Assembly: GCA_963748815.1 (NCBI GenBank)
Contig: CAVVKJ010000007.1
Location: 46,941-110,940, forward strand
Direction: 5' to 3'
Origin: an uncultured Gemmatimonadales bacterium
GTDB lineage: Bacteria > Gemmatimonadota > Gemmatimonadetes > Gemmatimonadales > GWC2-71-9
DNA length: 64,000 nucleotides
Part shown: positions 46,844-55,407 of the stretch, in pieces
Layout: each line of letters opens with the position of its first letter
Numbering within the stretch: the first letter of the stretch is position 1
Notes under the pieces: model-generated
The model's database searches: none
Told to the model about the DNA's origin: nothing
The model's input: only the letters and a program-made list of their open reading frames with translations
Translations under genes and position numbers: made by a program

Positions 46844-47731
46844 ATGGCACGTAGGTCGGCTCCCAGCCTTCGCTCCCAGGATCTCGTCTTCACCCTCTTC
46901 GGCGACTACTTGCTGGAGCGGGAGCGCCCCGTCTGGACTGGGGGGCTGATCACCCTCCTCGGCGAGCTCGGGCTTTCCCCGATGGCGGTGCGGACGGTCC
47001 TCTCCCGAATGACCCGAAAGGGCTGGCTCACCGCCGAGCGCCTGGGAACCCGGAGCTGGTACGGGTTGACGGCCAAGGGGAGGAAACTGCTCGAGTCTGG
47101 CCGCGAGCGCATCTACCACCCCGCCTCGGACGCGGCCTGGGACGGCGACTGGTCTGTCGTGGTCTTTTCGGTGCCGGAAGCCCGCCGCCGGCTTCGCGAC
47201 GCCCTTCGGGTCCGGCTGGCCTGGCTCGGGTGCGGTCCGCTCACCAGCGGTGTGTGGATCACGCCCCACGACGTGCGCGCAGAAATCCTCGAGATTGCGG
47301 CGGACCTCAAGCTCGGGAAGAATCTCGAGATTTTCCGGGGCGCCCACCTGGCCCACTCGACCCCCGAGCGGCTGGTCGCGCAGTGCTGGGACCTGGCGGA
47401 GCTCGATCGCCGCTACGCCGCGTTCATCGCCCGCTGGAGCCGTGAGTTCGAGCACTGCCGCCAGTGCGGCATGACCGGGGCCAAGGCGGGGATCCACACG
47501 CCGTGCACCGCGCCCGCCGACTGCTTCCGGCGGCGGTTCCTCCTGGTGCACGAGTACCGGGCCTTCCCGCTCGAGGACCCCTACCTCCCGAGCGCCCTCC
47601 TGCCCGCCGGCTGGCATGGGGAGAAGGCGGCGCGGCTCTTCGAAAGCTATCACGATGTGCTGGCGGGCCCCGCCGAGGGGTACGTGGCCGGCGTGTGCGC
47701 CGAAGGCGACGAAATCGTCGCCGCCGCCTGA
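46844..47731 (+). CDS. PaaX-family transcriptional regulator with Cys-rich insertion
   Basis: VFTLFGDY, VRTVLSRM, WDGDW, VPEARR..RDALR..LAWLG, QCWDL, DPYLPSALLPAGW. Confidence 0.9.
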   Translation: MARRSAPSLRSQDLVFTLFGDYLLERERPVWTGGLITLLGELGLSPMAVRTVLSRMTRKGWLTAERLGTRSWYGLTAKGRKLLESGRERIYHPASDAAWDGDWSVVVFSVPEARRRLRDALRVRLAWLGCGPLTSGVWITPHDVRAEILEIAADLKLGKNLEIFRGAHLAHSTPERLVAQCWDLAELDRRYAAFIARWSREFEHCRQCGMTGAKAGIHTPCTAPADCFRRRFLLVHEYRAFPLEDPYLPSALLPAGWHGEKAARLFESYHDVLAGPAEGYVAGVCAEGDEIVAAA

Positions 47732-47761
47732 CGCTGCGATTCATCCACCGAGGACAAGCCG

Positions 47762-48808
47762 ATGCGTGAATTCGATTCCCGGGACGCCGCTTCGTTCGAC
47801 TTCGCCGAGGTAGGGTACCACAAGGCGGACTGGGTGGCCACCGTCACCATCAACCGTCCGCACAACTACAACGCGTACAGCACCGCCGCGCTCCGTGAGC
47901 TGGCCACCGCGGTCCAGGACGCCTCCTTCGATGACGCCATCGGCGTCATCGTGGTCACCGGCGCCGGCACCTCCGCCTTTTGCACCGGTGGCGACGTCAA
48001 GGAATATGAGGAAGCGTACACCAGCCGTCCGCGCGACTACTGGAAGTACATGGGACTCTTCCGCGCCTGGATCGAGAGCCTGGTCAACGCGGGGAAGCCG
48101 GTCATCGCCCGGATCAACGGCATGGCGGCCGGCGGCGGCAACGAGTCGCAGCTGGCCTGCGACCTCGCCGTCATGGCGGAGCATGCCTGGATCGGGCAGG
48201 TGGGCACCCGGGTCGGGAGCGTGGCGGCCGGCGGCGCCACGCAGTGGCTGCCGATCCACATCGGCGACCGCCGCGCCCGCGAAATGCTCCTGCTGAACAA
48301 CCGGATCCCCTCCGATAAATGCCTCGAGTGGGGGCTCGTCAACCGCGTGGTGCCGTCGGTGACGAAGGACGGGACGTTCATCACCGGCGCCACGCCGGAA
48401 CAGGTGGCGTTGGCGCAGAAGGGGAAGGACGGGTACGCCATCGACCTCTCCCGACTCGACGCCTCGGTCCAGGACCTCGTGGCGCAGCTCCTCAAGCAGT
48501 TCCCGGAATGCCAGCGCTACACCAAGCAGCAGGTCAACTTCTGGAAGGAGCTGGCGTGGCACCAGACGATCGGCCACGCGCGGGACTGGCTCTCCACCCA
48601 CTACACCAGCGTCGAGCCGTGGGAGGGAATGCGGGCCTTCGTCGAGAAGCGGCCGGCAGACTACCTCGGCCTCCGCGAGAAGGCCGCCAAGGGGGGATCG
48701 AGCGAGTTCCTCTGGGGGCCGTACGCCTCCGATTGTCCCGCTTGCGGCGCCAAGGGAATCCCCTCGGCCTTCGCCTTCTGCGGCGCGTGCGGTGGAGCGA
48801 TGCGCTGA
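47762..48808 (+). CDS. oah: 6-oxocyclohex-1-ene-1-carbonyl-CoA hydrolase-like crotonase (Oah/BamA/BzdY) with C-terminal zinc ribbon
   Basis: YNAYST, AFCTGGDVKEY, Y..YM.LF, VVP....G.F, IDLS.LD, FPEC, AR.WL match Oah as I recall it; gene context. Confidence 0.8.
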   Translation: MREFDSRDAASFDFAEVGYHKADWVATVTINRPHNYNAYSTAALRELATAVQDASFDDAIGVIVVTGAGTSAFCTGGDVKEYEEAYTSRPRDYWKYMGLFRAWIESLVNAGKPVIARINGMAAGGGNESQLACDLAVMAEHAWIGQVGTRVGSVAAGGATQWLPIHIGDRRAREMLLLNNRIPSDKCLEWGLVNRVVPSVTKDGTFITGATPEQVALAQKGKDGYAIDLSRLDASVQDLVAQLLKQFPECQRYTKQQVNFWKELAWHQTIGHARDWLSTHYTSVEPWEGMRAFVEKRPADYLGLREKAAKGGSSEFLWGPYASDCPACGAKGIPSAFAFCGACGGAMR

Positions 48809-49584
48809 TGCCGGCCACGGCGAGCACCGCGCGCTACACTCGCGAGGGGGGCATCGGGCGACTGGTGCTGGACCGGCCCCCCGTCAACGTGCTCAATCTC
48901 GAGGGCATGGAGGCGCTGCAATCGGCGCTGGCAGAGGCCGCCGCCGACCCACGGCTCAAGGTTCTGGCCCTGTCGGGCGCCGGCCGGGCGTTCTCCGCCG
49001 GGGTGGACGTCGCCGACCACACCGCCGACCGGGTGGCTCGGATGCTGGCGTTGTTCCACGGCGCGATCCGGCAGTTGATGGCGCTCGAGGTGCCGGTCGT
49101 GGCCCTCGTCCATGGCGCGGCGCTCGGTGGCGGATGCGAGCTCGCCATCGCGTGCGACATGATCTTCGCGCGCGACGACCTGAAGCTTGGCCAGCCGGAG
49201 ATCCAGCTTGCCGTCTTCCCGCCCGTGGCCGCCGCCCTCCTCCCGAAGCTGATTGGACGGCAACGGGCGCTCGACCTGGTCCTGACCGGCCGGACCATCG
49301 GCGCCGCCGAAGCGCTGCGCATGGGACTCGTGAGCCGCGTCTTCTCCGCCGCTGACTTCGACACAGGAACGGACGCCGCACTCGCCGAGATCGCCTCGCG
49401 CTCCGGGCCGGCGCTGCGGCTGGCCAAGCGGGCGGTGCTGGATGGCATCGACCGTTCGTTCGCCCCCGCGCTCCAGCGGGCGGAGGAGCTCTACCTGCAC
49501 GAACTCATGCAGCTCGCCGACGTGCATGAGGGGCTCGCCGCCTTCATGGAGAAGCGGGCGCCGGTCTGGGAGGATCCCGCATGA
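48808..49584 (+). CDS. dch: Cyclohexa-1,5-diene-1-carbonyl-CoA hydratase-like crotonase
   Basis: FSAGVDVADH, LGGGCEL, LGQPEIQLAVFPP, ELYLHELM...EGLAAF; gene context. Confidence 0.8.
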   Translation: MPATASTARYTREGGIGRLVLDRPPVNVLNLEGMEALQSALAEAAADPRLKVLALSGAGRAFSAGVDVADHTADRVARMLALFHGAIRQLMALEVPVVALVHGAALGGGCELAIACDMIFARDDLKLGQPEIQLAVFPPVAAALLPKLIGRQRALDLVLTGRTIGAAEALRMGLVSRVFSAADFDTGTDAALAEIASRSGPALRLAKRAVLDGIDRSFAPALQRAEELYLHELMQLADVHEGLAAFMEKRAPVWEDPA

Positions 49585-50759
49585 GCGCCACGGCCACCGC
49601 CTTCGACGCCGCCGCCGTCGCGGCACTCCCGCTCGACGCCGCCCTCGGCGAGTGCCGGGACCTGCTGGAAGATCCGGCATTCCCCACGGTGCATGCGTGG
49701 AAGGAGTCGGGCGGCAAGGTGCTGGGGCATTTCCAGGTCTACTTCCCCGAAGAGCTGGTCCACGCGGCCGGCATGCTGCCCGTCAAGGTGCGCGGCGCCC
49801 CGGTGGAAATGCGGCAGGCCGACTCCCACTTCGGCTCGTATCTCTGTTCCATCATCCGGAGTTCGCTCGAAGTCTGTCTCGACGGCCGGTTGCCGCTCGA
49901 CATGTTCGTGACACACCCGATCTGCGACGCGGCACGCAACCTGGCCGGTGTGTGGGCACGGAACCTCCCCTACCCGGCGCAGATCCTCTACCTGCCCCAG
50001 AACGTCAATTCCTCCGGGTCTGCCGCCTATCTTCGCGACGAGTATGCGCGGATGCTGGGCGACATCGAAGCGGTGGCCGGCCGCCGGGTCACCGACGCTG
50101 ACCTGCGGCGCTCCATCGCCGTCTTCAACGAGAACCGGCGGCTCCTCCGCGAGGTCTACGCCATCAAGCGGGAGACGCCCTGGCTCCTGCCGGTGGACCA
50201 GGCCTACGTGATGATCGCGCTGGGCGCCGTGCTCCGCCGCGAGGACCACAACACCCTGCTGCACGCGATGATCCCGCAGATCCGGCGGCGGACGGACAAG
50301 TCCCAGGACAAGATCCGGATCGTGCTGGAGGGGGGGTTCTGCGAGCAGCCACCCCTCGACCTGCTGGCCGTCATCGGGCAGTCGTGCTACGTGGTGGACG
50401 ACGACCTGCTGATCGGCCTCCGCTTCCTCGTGCAGGACGTCGACACGCAGGGCGATCCCCTCGCCGCGCTGGCCGACGGCTACCTCAACGGATCCTCGTA
50501 CAGCCCCGTCCAGCACGACACCCGCAAGCCCAAGGAGCAGATGCTGCTGGACCGGCTGCACGGCGCCAGAGCGCAGGCTGCCATCCTGGCCGCGGCCAAG
50601 ATGTGCGAGCCGGGGCTGGATGAGCAGGTCGCCTACACCAAGGCGCTGGACGAGGCGCACATCCCCTACTTCGTGACCGAGTTCGAGGAGAAGATGTCGG
50701 GCTTCGACCAGATGCAACTCCAGCTCGAGACGTTCATCGAAAGCATCCTGTTCGACTAG
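49581..50759 (+). CDS. bcrC: Class I benzoyl-CoA reductase subunit C
   Basis: ELVHAAGMLP, SYLCSIIRS, ICDAARNL, LPQN, NENR, FCEQPPLDL, CYVVDDD match Thauera-type BcrC as I recall it. Confidence 0.85.
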   Translation: MSATATAFDAAAVAALPLDAALGECRDLLEDPAFPTVHAWKESGGKVLGHFQVYFPEELVHAAGMLPVKVRGAPVEMRQADSHFGSYLCSIIRSSLEVCLDGRLPLDMFVTHPICDAARNLAGVWARNLPYPAQILYLPQNVNSSGSAAYLRDEYARMLGDIEAVAGRRVTDADLRRSIAVFNENRRLLREVYAIKRETPWLLPVDQAYVMIALGAVLRREDHNTLLHAMIPQIRRRTDKSQDKIRIVLEGGFCEQPPLDLLAVIGQSCYVVDDDLLIGLRFLVQDVDTQGDPLAALADGYLNGSSYSPVQHDTRKPKEQMLLDRLHGARAQAAILAAAKMCEPGLDEQVAYTKALDEAHIPYFVTEFEEKMSGFDQMQLQLETFIESILFD

Positions 50760-50768
50760 GGAGGAACC

Positions 50769-52070
50769 ATGATCACGGAACAGGAGATCGTCGGCCGGGG
50801 CGCCCTCGAGGGCGCCAAGCTGATGCGCGACTGGTTTGCGCGGCTGGACCAGGCCGCCGAGCGGAAGGAAACCGCCGCCTACGTCTTCGTGATGGGGAGC
50901 CTGGCGGAGGTCCTGCGCGCCTTCGACATGCACCTGGTCTTCCCGGAGATCAACTCCCTCCAGACGGCCGTGCGTCACGTGGCGCACGAGTACCTCGGCA
51001 TGGCCGAGGACTACGGCTACTCGCCCGACGTCTGCGGCTACGTGAAGGCCGATGTCGCCATGCAGCTCCAGGACGGCAAACACTCCATGGGCCGCCTCCC
51101 GAAGCCGGCGCTCGCCATTGCCACCAATGCCTGTAACACCTACGTGAAGTGGGCCGAGTTCTGGGAGCGCTACTACAAGATTCCCATGGTCACCCTCGAC
51201 ATCCCCGGATCGCGGACCGCCGCGGGCGGCGCGCCCGTCGGGTCGGCCTCCTTCGAGAGCGACCGCCGCTACCTCGAAGTCCAGCTCCGCGAGTTGATCG
51301 CGGAATGCGAGCGGCTGACCGGTTCGACGCTCGACATGGACCGGCTGCGGGAGGTGCTCGACTACACCAACCGGATGGCGGCCGCGTGGAAGCGGGTGCT
51401 TGAGCTCAACCAGCGCCGCCCGGCCATGTTCAACGCGCTGGTGGACGGCACGATCTACCTCGGCGTCCTGAACGCGCTGCGCGGCACCCGGGAAGGGGCG
51501 GAGTACTTCGAACGGCTGGTCGAGGAGATGGAGTACAAGGCCGCGCACCGGCTGGGCACCATCGAAGACGAGAAGTACCGGCTGCTCTTCGTGGGCGTGC
51601 CCTGCTACCCGATCTTCCGGCGTTTCCACGAGATGTTCGCCGACCAGGGGGGCGTCTTCGTCGCGTCGAGTTACCTCTGGTTCGCCGCCGGGGGCCTCGA
51701 CCTGGGTTTCCAGTACGACCTGGAACGGCCCATCGAGAGCCTGGCCGAAGGGGTCCTCGTCGGGGTCCGCCACGCCGGCGACGCGATGCTCTTCCACGAC
51801 CAGTCGCTGATCGAGCAGGTCGACCAGTTCGAGGCCGACGGCGTCGTGTACCACCCTGTGAAGAGCTGCCGGACCGTGTCCACCAGCCTGGCCGGCAGCC
51901 GGAAGGCGCTGATGAAGGCCCGCGACGTCCAGTGCCTCTTCATCGAGTCGGACATGATGGACCGCCGGGTGGTGTCCGAGGCACAGCTCAAGAACCGGAT
52001 CGACGCCTTTTTCGAGGGCCTTGGCTCGCAGCGGCTTCGCGCCACCGCGGCCACGGCCCGATCGGAGTGA
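50769..52070 (+). CDS. bcrB: Class I benzoyl-CoA reductase subunit B
   Basis: [54 protein letters not shown]. Confidence 0.85.
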   Translation: MITEQEIVGRGALEGAKLMRDWFARLDQAAERKETAAYVFVMGSLAEVLRAFDMHLVFPEINSLQTAVRHVAHEYLGMAEDYGYSPDVCGYVKADVAMQLQDGKHSMGRLPKPALAIATNACNTYVKWAEFWERYYKIPMVTLDIPGSRTAAGGAPVGSASFESDRRYLEVQLRELIAECERLTGSTLDMDRLREVLDYTNRMAAAWKRVLELNQRRPAMFNALVDGTIYLGVLNALRGTREGAEYFERLVEEMEYKAAHRLGTIEDEKYRLLFVGVPCYPIFRRFHEMFADQGGVFVASSYLWFAAGGLDLGFQYDLERPIESLAEGVLVGVRHAGDAMLFHDQSLIEQVDQFEADGVVYHPVKSCRTVSTSLAGSRKALMKARDVQCLFIESDMMDRRVVSEAQLKNRIDAFFEGLGSQRLRATAATARSE

Positions 52071-52072
52071 TC

Positions 52073-52885
52073 ATGCGATACAGCGGCGGTGTGGACGTCG
52101 GCTCCACCCAGACCAAGGCGGTCGTCATCGACGAGGCGCGCCGGATCGTGGGGCGGTCGCTCATCATGACCGGCGCCAACGTGGTCGTGGCGGCGCAGGA
52201 GGCGTTCCAGGCGGCGCTCGACGACGGGGTCGTGCGTGAAGCCGACGTGGGGTACGTGATCGGGACGGGCTACGGCCGGTACAAGGTGTCATTCGGCAAC
52301 GATCAGGTGACCGAAATCAGCTGCCACGCCCGGGGGGCCGCGCACCTCTTTCCCGGCACCCGCACGGTGCTCGACATGGGGGGCCAGGACACGAAGGCCA
52401 TCCGCGTCACCGAAACCGGCGACGTCCTCGACTTCTGCATGAACGACAAGTGCGCGGCCGGCACCGGCCGCTTCTTGCAGGCGGCGAGCTTTGCGCTTGA
52501 GATCCCGCTCGGCGAGCTCGGCGGCGTGGCGCAGCGGGCCACGCGGCCCGTGAAGATTTCGACGACCTGCACCGTCTTTGCAGAATCGGAAGTGCTGGGC
52601 TGGGCCGCGAAGGGGAAGAAGATCGAGGACATCCTGATGGGGGTGCATCGATCCATCGCCGCGCGCTCGGTCTCGCTGCTGCGACGGGTCGGCGTCGAGG
52701 AACGGATCACCTTCACCGGCGGGGTCGCCCGCAACGAAGCGATGGTGGCGGTGCTGAACGAGCTCCTCGGCACGCCACTCCAGGTCGGGGAGGACTCGCA
52801 TTACATGGGGGCGCTGGGCGCGGCGCTCTTCGCCATGGATCGCATCGTCGCCGGGCAGGCCGCCCCGGCAGGAGCCGCCTCATGA
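52073..52885 (+). CDS. ASKHA ATPase [4Fe-4S] activation subunit (BcrA/BcrD/HgdC family), copy 1
   Basis: [49 protein letters not shown]; about 270 aa. Confidence 0.88.
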   Translation: MRYSGGVDVGSTQTKAVVIDEARRIVGRSLIMTGANVVVAAQEAFQAALDDGVVREADVGYVIGTGYGRYKVSFGNDQVTEISCHARGAAHLFPGTRTVLDMGGQDTKAIRVTETGDVLDFCMNDKCAAGTGRFLQAASFALEIPLGELGGVAQRATRPVKISTTCTVFAESEVLGWAAKGKKIEDILMGVHRSIAARSVSLLRRVGVEERITFTGGVARNEAMVAVLNELLGTPLQVGEDSHYMGALGAALFAMDRIVAGQAAPAGAAS

Positions 52886-53697
52886 CCGACCTGACCGCCG
52901 GCATCGACGTCGGCTCGACGTACACCAAGGCCGCGCTGCTGAACGGCGCGGGCACGCTGGTGGCCACCGCCATGATCCCGACAGGGTTTCGTCTCGACGT
53001 CGCGGCCAACGAGGCGTACGCCACCCTGCTCCGCCACGCCGACGTGCCGCGGGAGGCCGTGGCCTATGTGGTCAGCACCGGTGCCGGGAGGTACCAGGTG
53101 CCGTTCCGGGACCTCCACGCCACCGACCTGACGGCGCAGGGACGCGGGACGCGCCACTTCTTTCCCCACACCCGTACCGTCCTCGACGTCGGCGGCCAGA
53201 CCATGAAGGCCAGCCGGCTCGACGACCGGGGCCGTGTGGCGGCGTTCCGGCTGAACGACAAGTGCGCTGCCGGCACCGGGGCGTTTCTTGAAAAGACCGC
53301 CCGCTATCTCGGCTTCGGGACGGAACAGATCGGCGCCATCGCGGCGGCCTCGGCCGAGGCGGCGTCCATTTCGGGAGTGTGCGCCGTCTTCGCCGAGTCC
53401 GAAGTGATCAACCACGTCTCGAGCGGACGTGCGCCGGGCGACATCCTGCACGGCGCCGTGGTGTCGCTCGTGGCGCGGTCGGTCCAGTTGATGAAGCGGG
53501 TGCGCCTGGAACCGGAAATCACCCTCGTGGGCGGGATCATGCGGTTTCCCACCATGGTGCGGGTGCTCCGGGAGGAACTCGGGCAGGAGGTCAACGTGCC
53601 GCCGGAGCCGCTGGCGCAGTTCACCGCCGCCATCGGCGCGGCGGTGCTCGGGCAGCAGCGGCTGGCCAAGCGCGCCGCCGAGCACGTGGCGGCCTGA
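52882..53697 (+). CDS. ASKHA ATPase [4Fe-4S] activation subunit (BcrA/BcrD/HgdC family), copy 2
   Basis: [37 protein letters not shown]; 271 aa. Confidence 0.88.
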   Translation: MTDLTAGIDVGSTYTKAALLNGAGTLVATAMIPTGFRLDVAANEAYATLLRHADVPREAVAYVVSTGAGRYQVPFRDLHATDLTAQGRGTRHFFPHTRTVLDVGGQTMKASRLDDRGRVAAFRLNDKCAAGTGAFLEKTARYLGFGTEQIGAIAAASAEAASISGVCAVFAESEVINHVSSGRAPGDILHGAVVSLVARSVQLMKRVRLEPEITLVGGIMRFPTMVRVLREELGQEVNVPPEPLAQFTAAIGAAVLGQQRLAKRAAEHVAA

Positions 53698-53942
53698 TGG
53701 GCAGGGCGCTCCCGGTCCTCGAGCCGGGCGGTGACGCGCCCGACCCGCTGGTCGAGAAGGGCTGGGAGCGCCGTTTCATTGCCGTCGGCGCGCGCCTGGA
53801 GGAGTCCGTGGCACTCTACAAGGAACTCGGATTCGAGATCCGGCTCGAGCTTCCCACCGCCCTGGATCTGCGGGAGGAATGTGGCGACTGCCACGCCGCG
53901 CTCCAACTCTATCGTGTCCTGTACACCAGGAGACCTGGATGA
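53697..53942 (+). CDS. Small hypothetical protein (81 aa) with CxxC(H), inside the bcr operon
   Basis: TGATG and ATGA overlaps at both ends; GWERRF...LYKELGFEI...CGDCH...LYTR. Confidence 0.75.
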   Translation: MGRALPVLEPGGDAPDPLVEKGWERRFIAVGARLEESVALYKELGFEIRLELPTALDLREECGDCHAALQLYRVLYTRRPG

Positions 53943-54961
53943 AGGCTGCTGTCTTCCACGCCGCGCACCAGCCACTCGAACTGGCCGATGTCCCCACCCC
54001 TGAACCGAAGGCGGGCGAGGTCCTGGTGAAGGTGGCCGGGTGCGGTGTCTGCCACACGGACCTCCACTACCTCGATCACGGCACGCCGACCTTCAAGCCA
54101 CCCCCGATCATCCTGGGACACGAGGTGGCCGGCACCGTTGCCGAGGTCGGGCCGGGCGTCACGGCGCTTGCCGCGGGCGCCCGGGTGCTGATTCCCGCGG
54201 TGCTCTCCTGCGGGCACTGCACCCTCTGCCGCTCGGGCCGCGAGAACATCTGCGAAAACAGCCAGATGCTCGGCAACCACATCGACGGCGGCTACGCGGA
54301 GTTCGTGGCCGTGCCGGCGAAGGACGTGGTCCCGATGCCGGATGACGTCCCGCTCATCGAGGGTTCGATCATCGCCGACGCCGTCACCACGCCGTATCAC
54401 GCGGTCGTCCGCCGCGGCAAGGTGACCCCGGGCGACTGGGTGGTGGTGTTCGGCTGCGGCGGGGTGGGTCTCTCGCTGGTCCAGGTCGCCGCCGCGGTCG
54501 GGGCCCGGGTCATCGCGGTGGACGTGAAGGATGCCAAGCTGGCGACGGCCACACGATTCGGCGCCACCGCGGTGTTCAATGCGGCGACGACCAAGAGACT
54601 GGACAAGGAGATTCGAGGCCTCAGCGGCGGCGGCGTCGACGTGGCGTTTGAGGCGGTCGGCAAGGCCGCCACCCAGGAAGCGGCGCTGAACTGCCTGACC
54701 ACCGGCGGCCGGCTGGTGCTGGTCGGGTACAGCCCCGAGACGCTGCCGCTCAACGCCGGCCGCGTGATGTTCCGGGAGATCGAGGTGATCGGCTCGCTGG
54801 GGTGCCGCCCGGTGGACTATCCACGCGCCATTGAACTGGTGCGCCAGGGCCACGTCCGGCTGATGGATCTCGTGACCCATCGCTTTCCACTCGAACAGAT
54901 TGCGGACGCGCTCGACACCCTCCGGGGCGGCGACGCCATCCGCGTGGTGGTGACCCCATGA
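53939..54961 (+). CDS. had: 6-hydroxycyclohex-1-ene-1-carbonyl-CoA dehydrogenase-like Zn alcohol dehydrogenase
   Basis: GCGVCHTDL, LGHE, IPAVLSCGHCTLC...IC, ADAVTTPY, GCGGVG; gene context. Confidence 0.8.
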   Translation: MKAAVFHAAHQPLELADVPTPEPKAGEVLVKVAGCGVCHTDLHYLDHGTPTFKPPPIILGHEVAGTVAEVGPGVTALAAGARVLIPAVLSCGHCTLCRSGRENICENSQMLGNHIDGGYAEFVAVPAKDVVPMPDDVPLIEGSIIADAVTTPYHAVVRRGKVTPGDWVVVFGCGGVGLSLVQVAAAVGARVIAVDVKDAKLATATRFGATAVFNAATTKRLDKEIRGLSGGGVDVAFEAVGKAATQEAALNCLTTGGRLVLVGYSPETLPLNAGRVMFREIEVIGSLGCRPVDYPRAIELVRQGHVRLMDLVTHRFPLEQIADALDTLRGGDAIRVVVTP

Positions 54962-55407
54962 AGATTACCGACGCCCTCCTCGGTGAGCATGGCGCCTTCT
55001 ACGCGCAGTTCGACCGGCTCGAGGAGACCCTGCCGCACACTACCTCGGTCGGCGAAATCCGGGAACAGGCGGCACTCCTTGCCGCGGCGCTGGTGTCCCA
55101 CGCCCAACTGGAGGACACCCTGCTCTTCGAGCGGATGCGTGCCGCGGGCGGCGACGAAGGACTCCTGAGCACCATGGAGGCGGAGCACACCGAAATTGCC
55201 GGGATGCTGACCCGCGCCCAAGGATCCAAGGAGGTTTCCGTGGCCCGGGAGGAACTGCTCGAGGCGGTGGCACTGGCCCGGGACCACTTTGCCAAGGAGG
55301 AGCAGATCGCCTTTCCGCTGGCCGAGAATATTCTCGGCGCGGTGGGGCTCACAGCCCTGGGAGCGCGCTGGTCGGCGCGCCGGGAGGTGTTTCTCGGGGA
55401 CGGTTAG
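54958..55407 (+). CDS. Hemerythrin-like (HHE) domain protein
   Basis: EH...HAQLED.LLF...EH...HFAKEE; ATGA overlap with had. Confidence 0.82.
   Translation: MKITDALLGEHGAFYAQFDRLEETLPHTTSVGEIREQAALLAAALVSHAQLEDTLLFERMRAAGGDEGLLSTMEAEHTEIAGMLTRAQGSKEVSVAREELLEAVALARDHFAKEEQIAFPLAENILGAVGLTALGARWSARREVFLGDG

Noticed and set aside
49581..53697. 2-hydroxyglutaryl-CoA dehydratase (HgdABC) as the alternative call
   Set aside because: BcrC-specific motifs, two different activator subunits and flanking dch/had/oah favour a ring reductase; phylogeny is still needed
53697..53942. c-type cytochrome call from CGDCH
   Set aside because: No export signal and a cytoplasmic operon context, so heme attachment is unlikely
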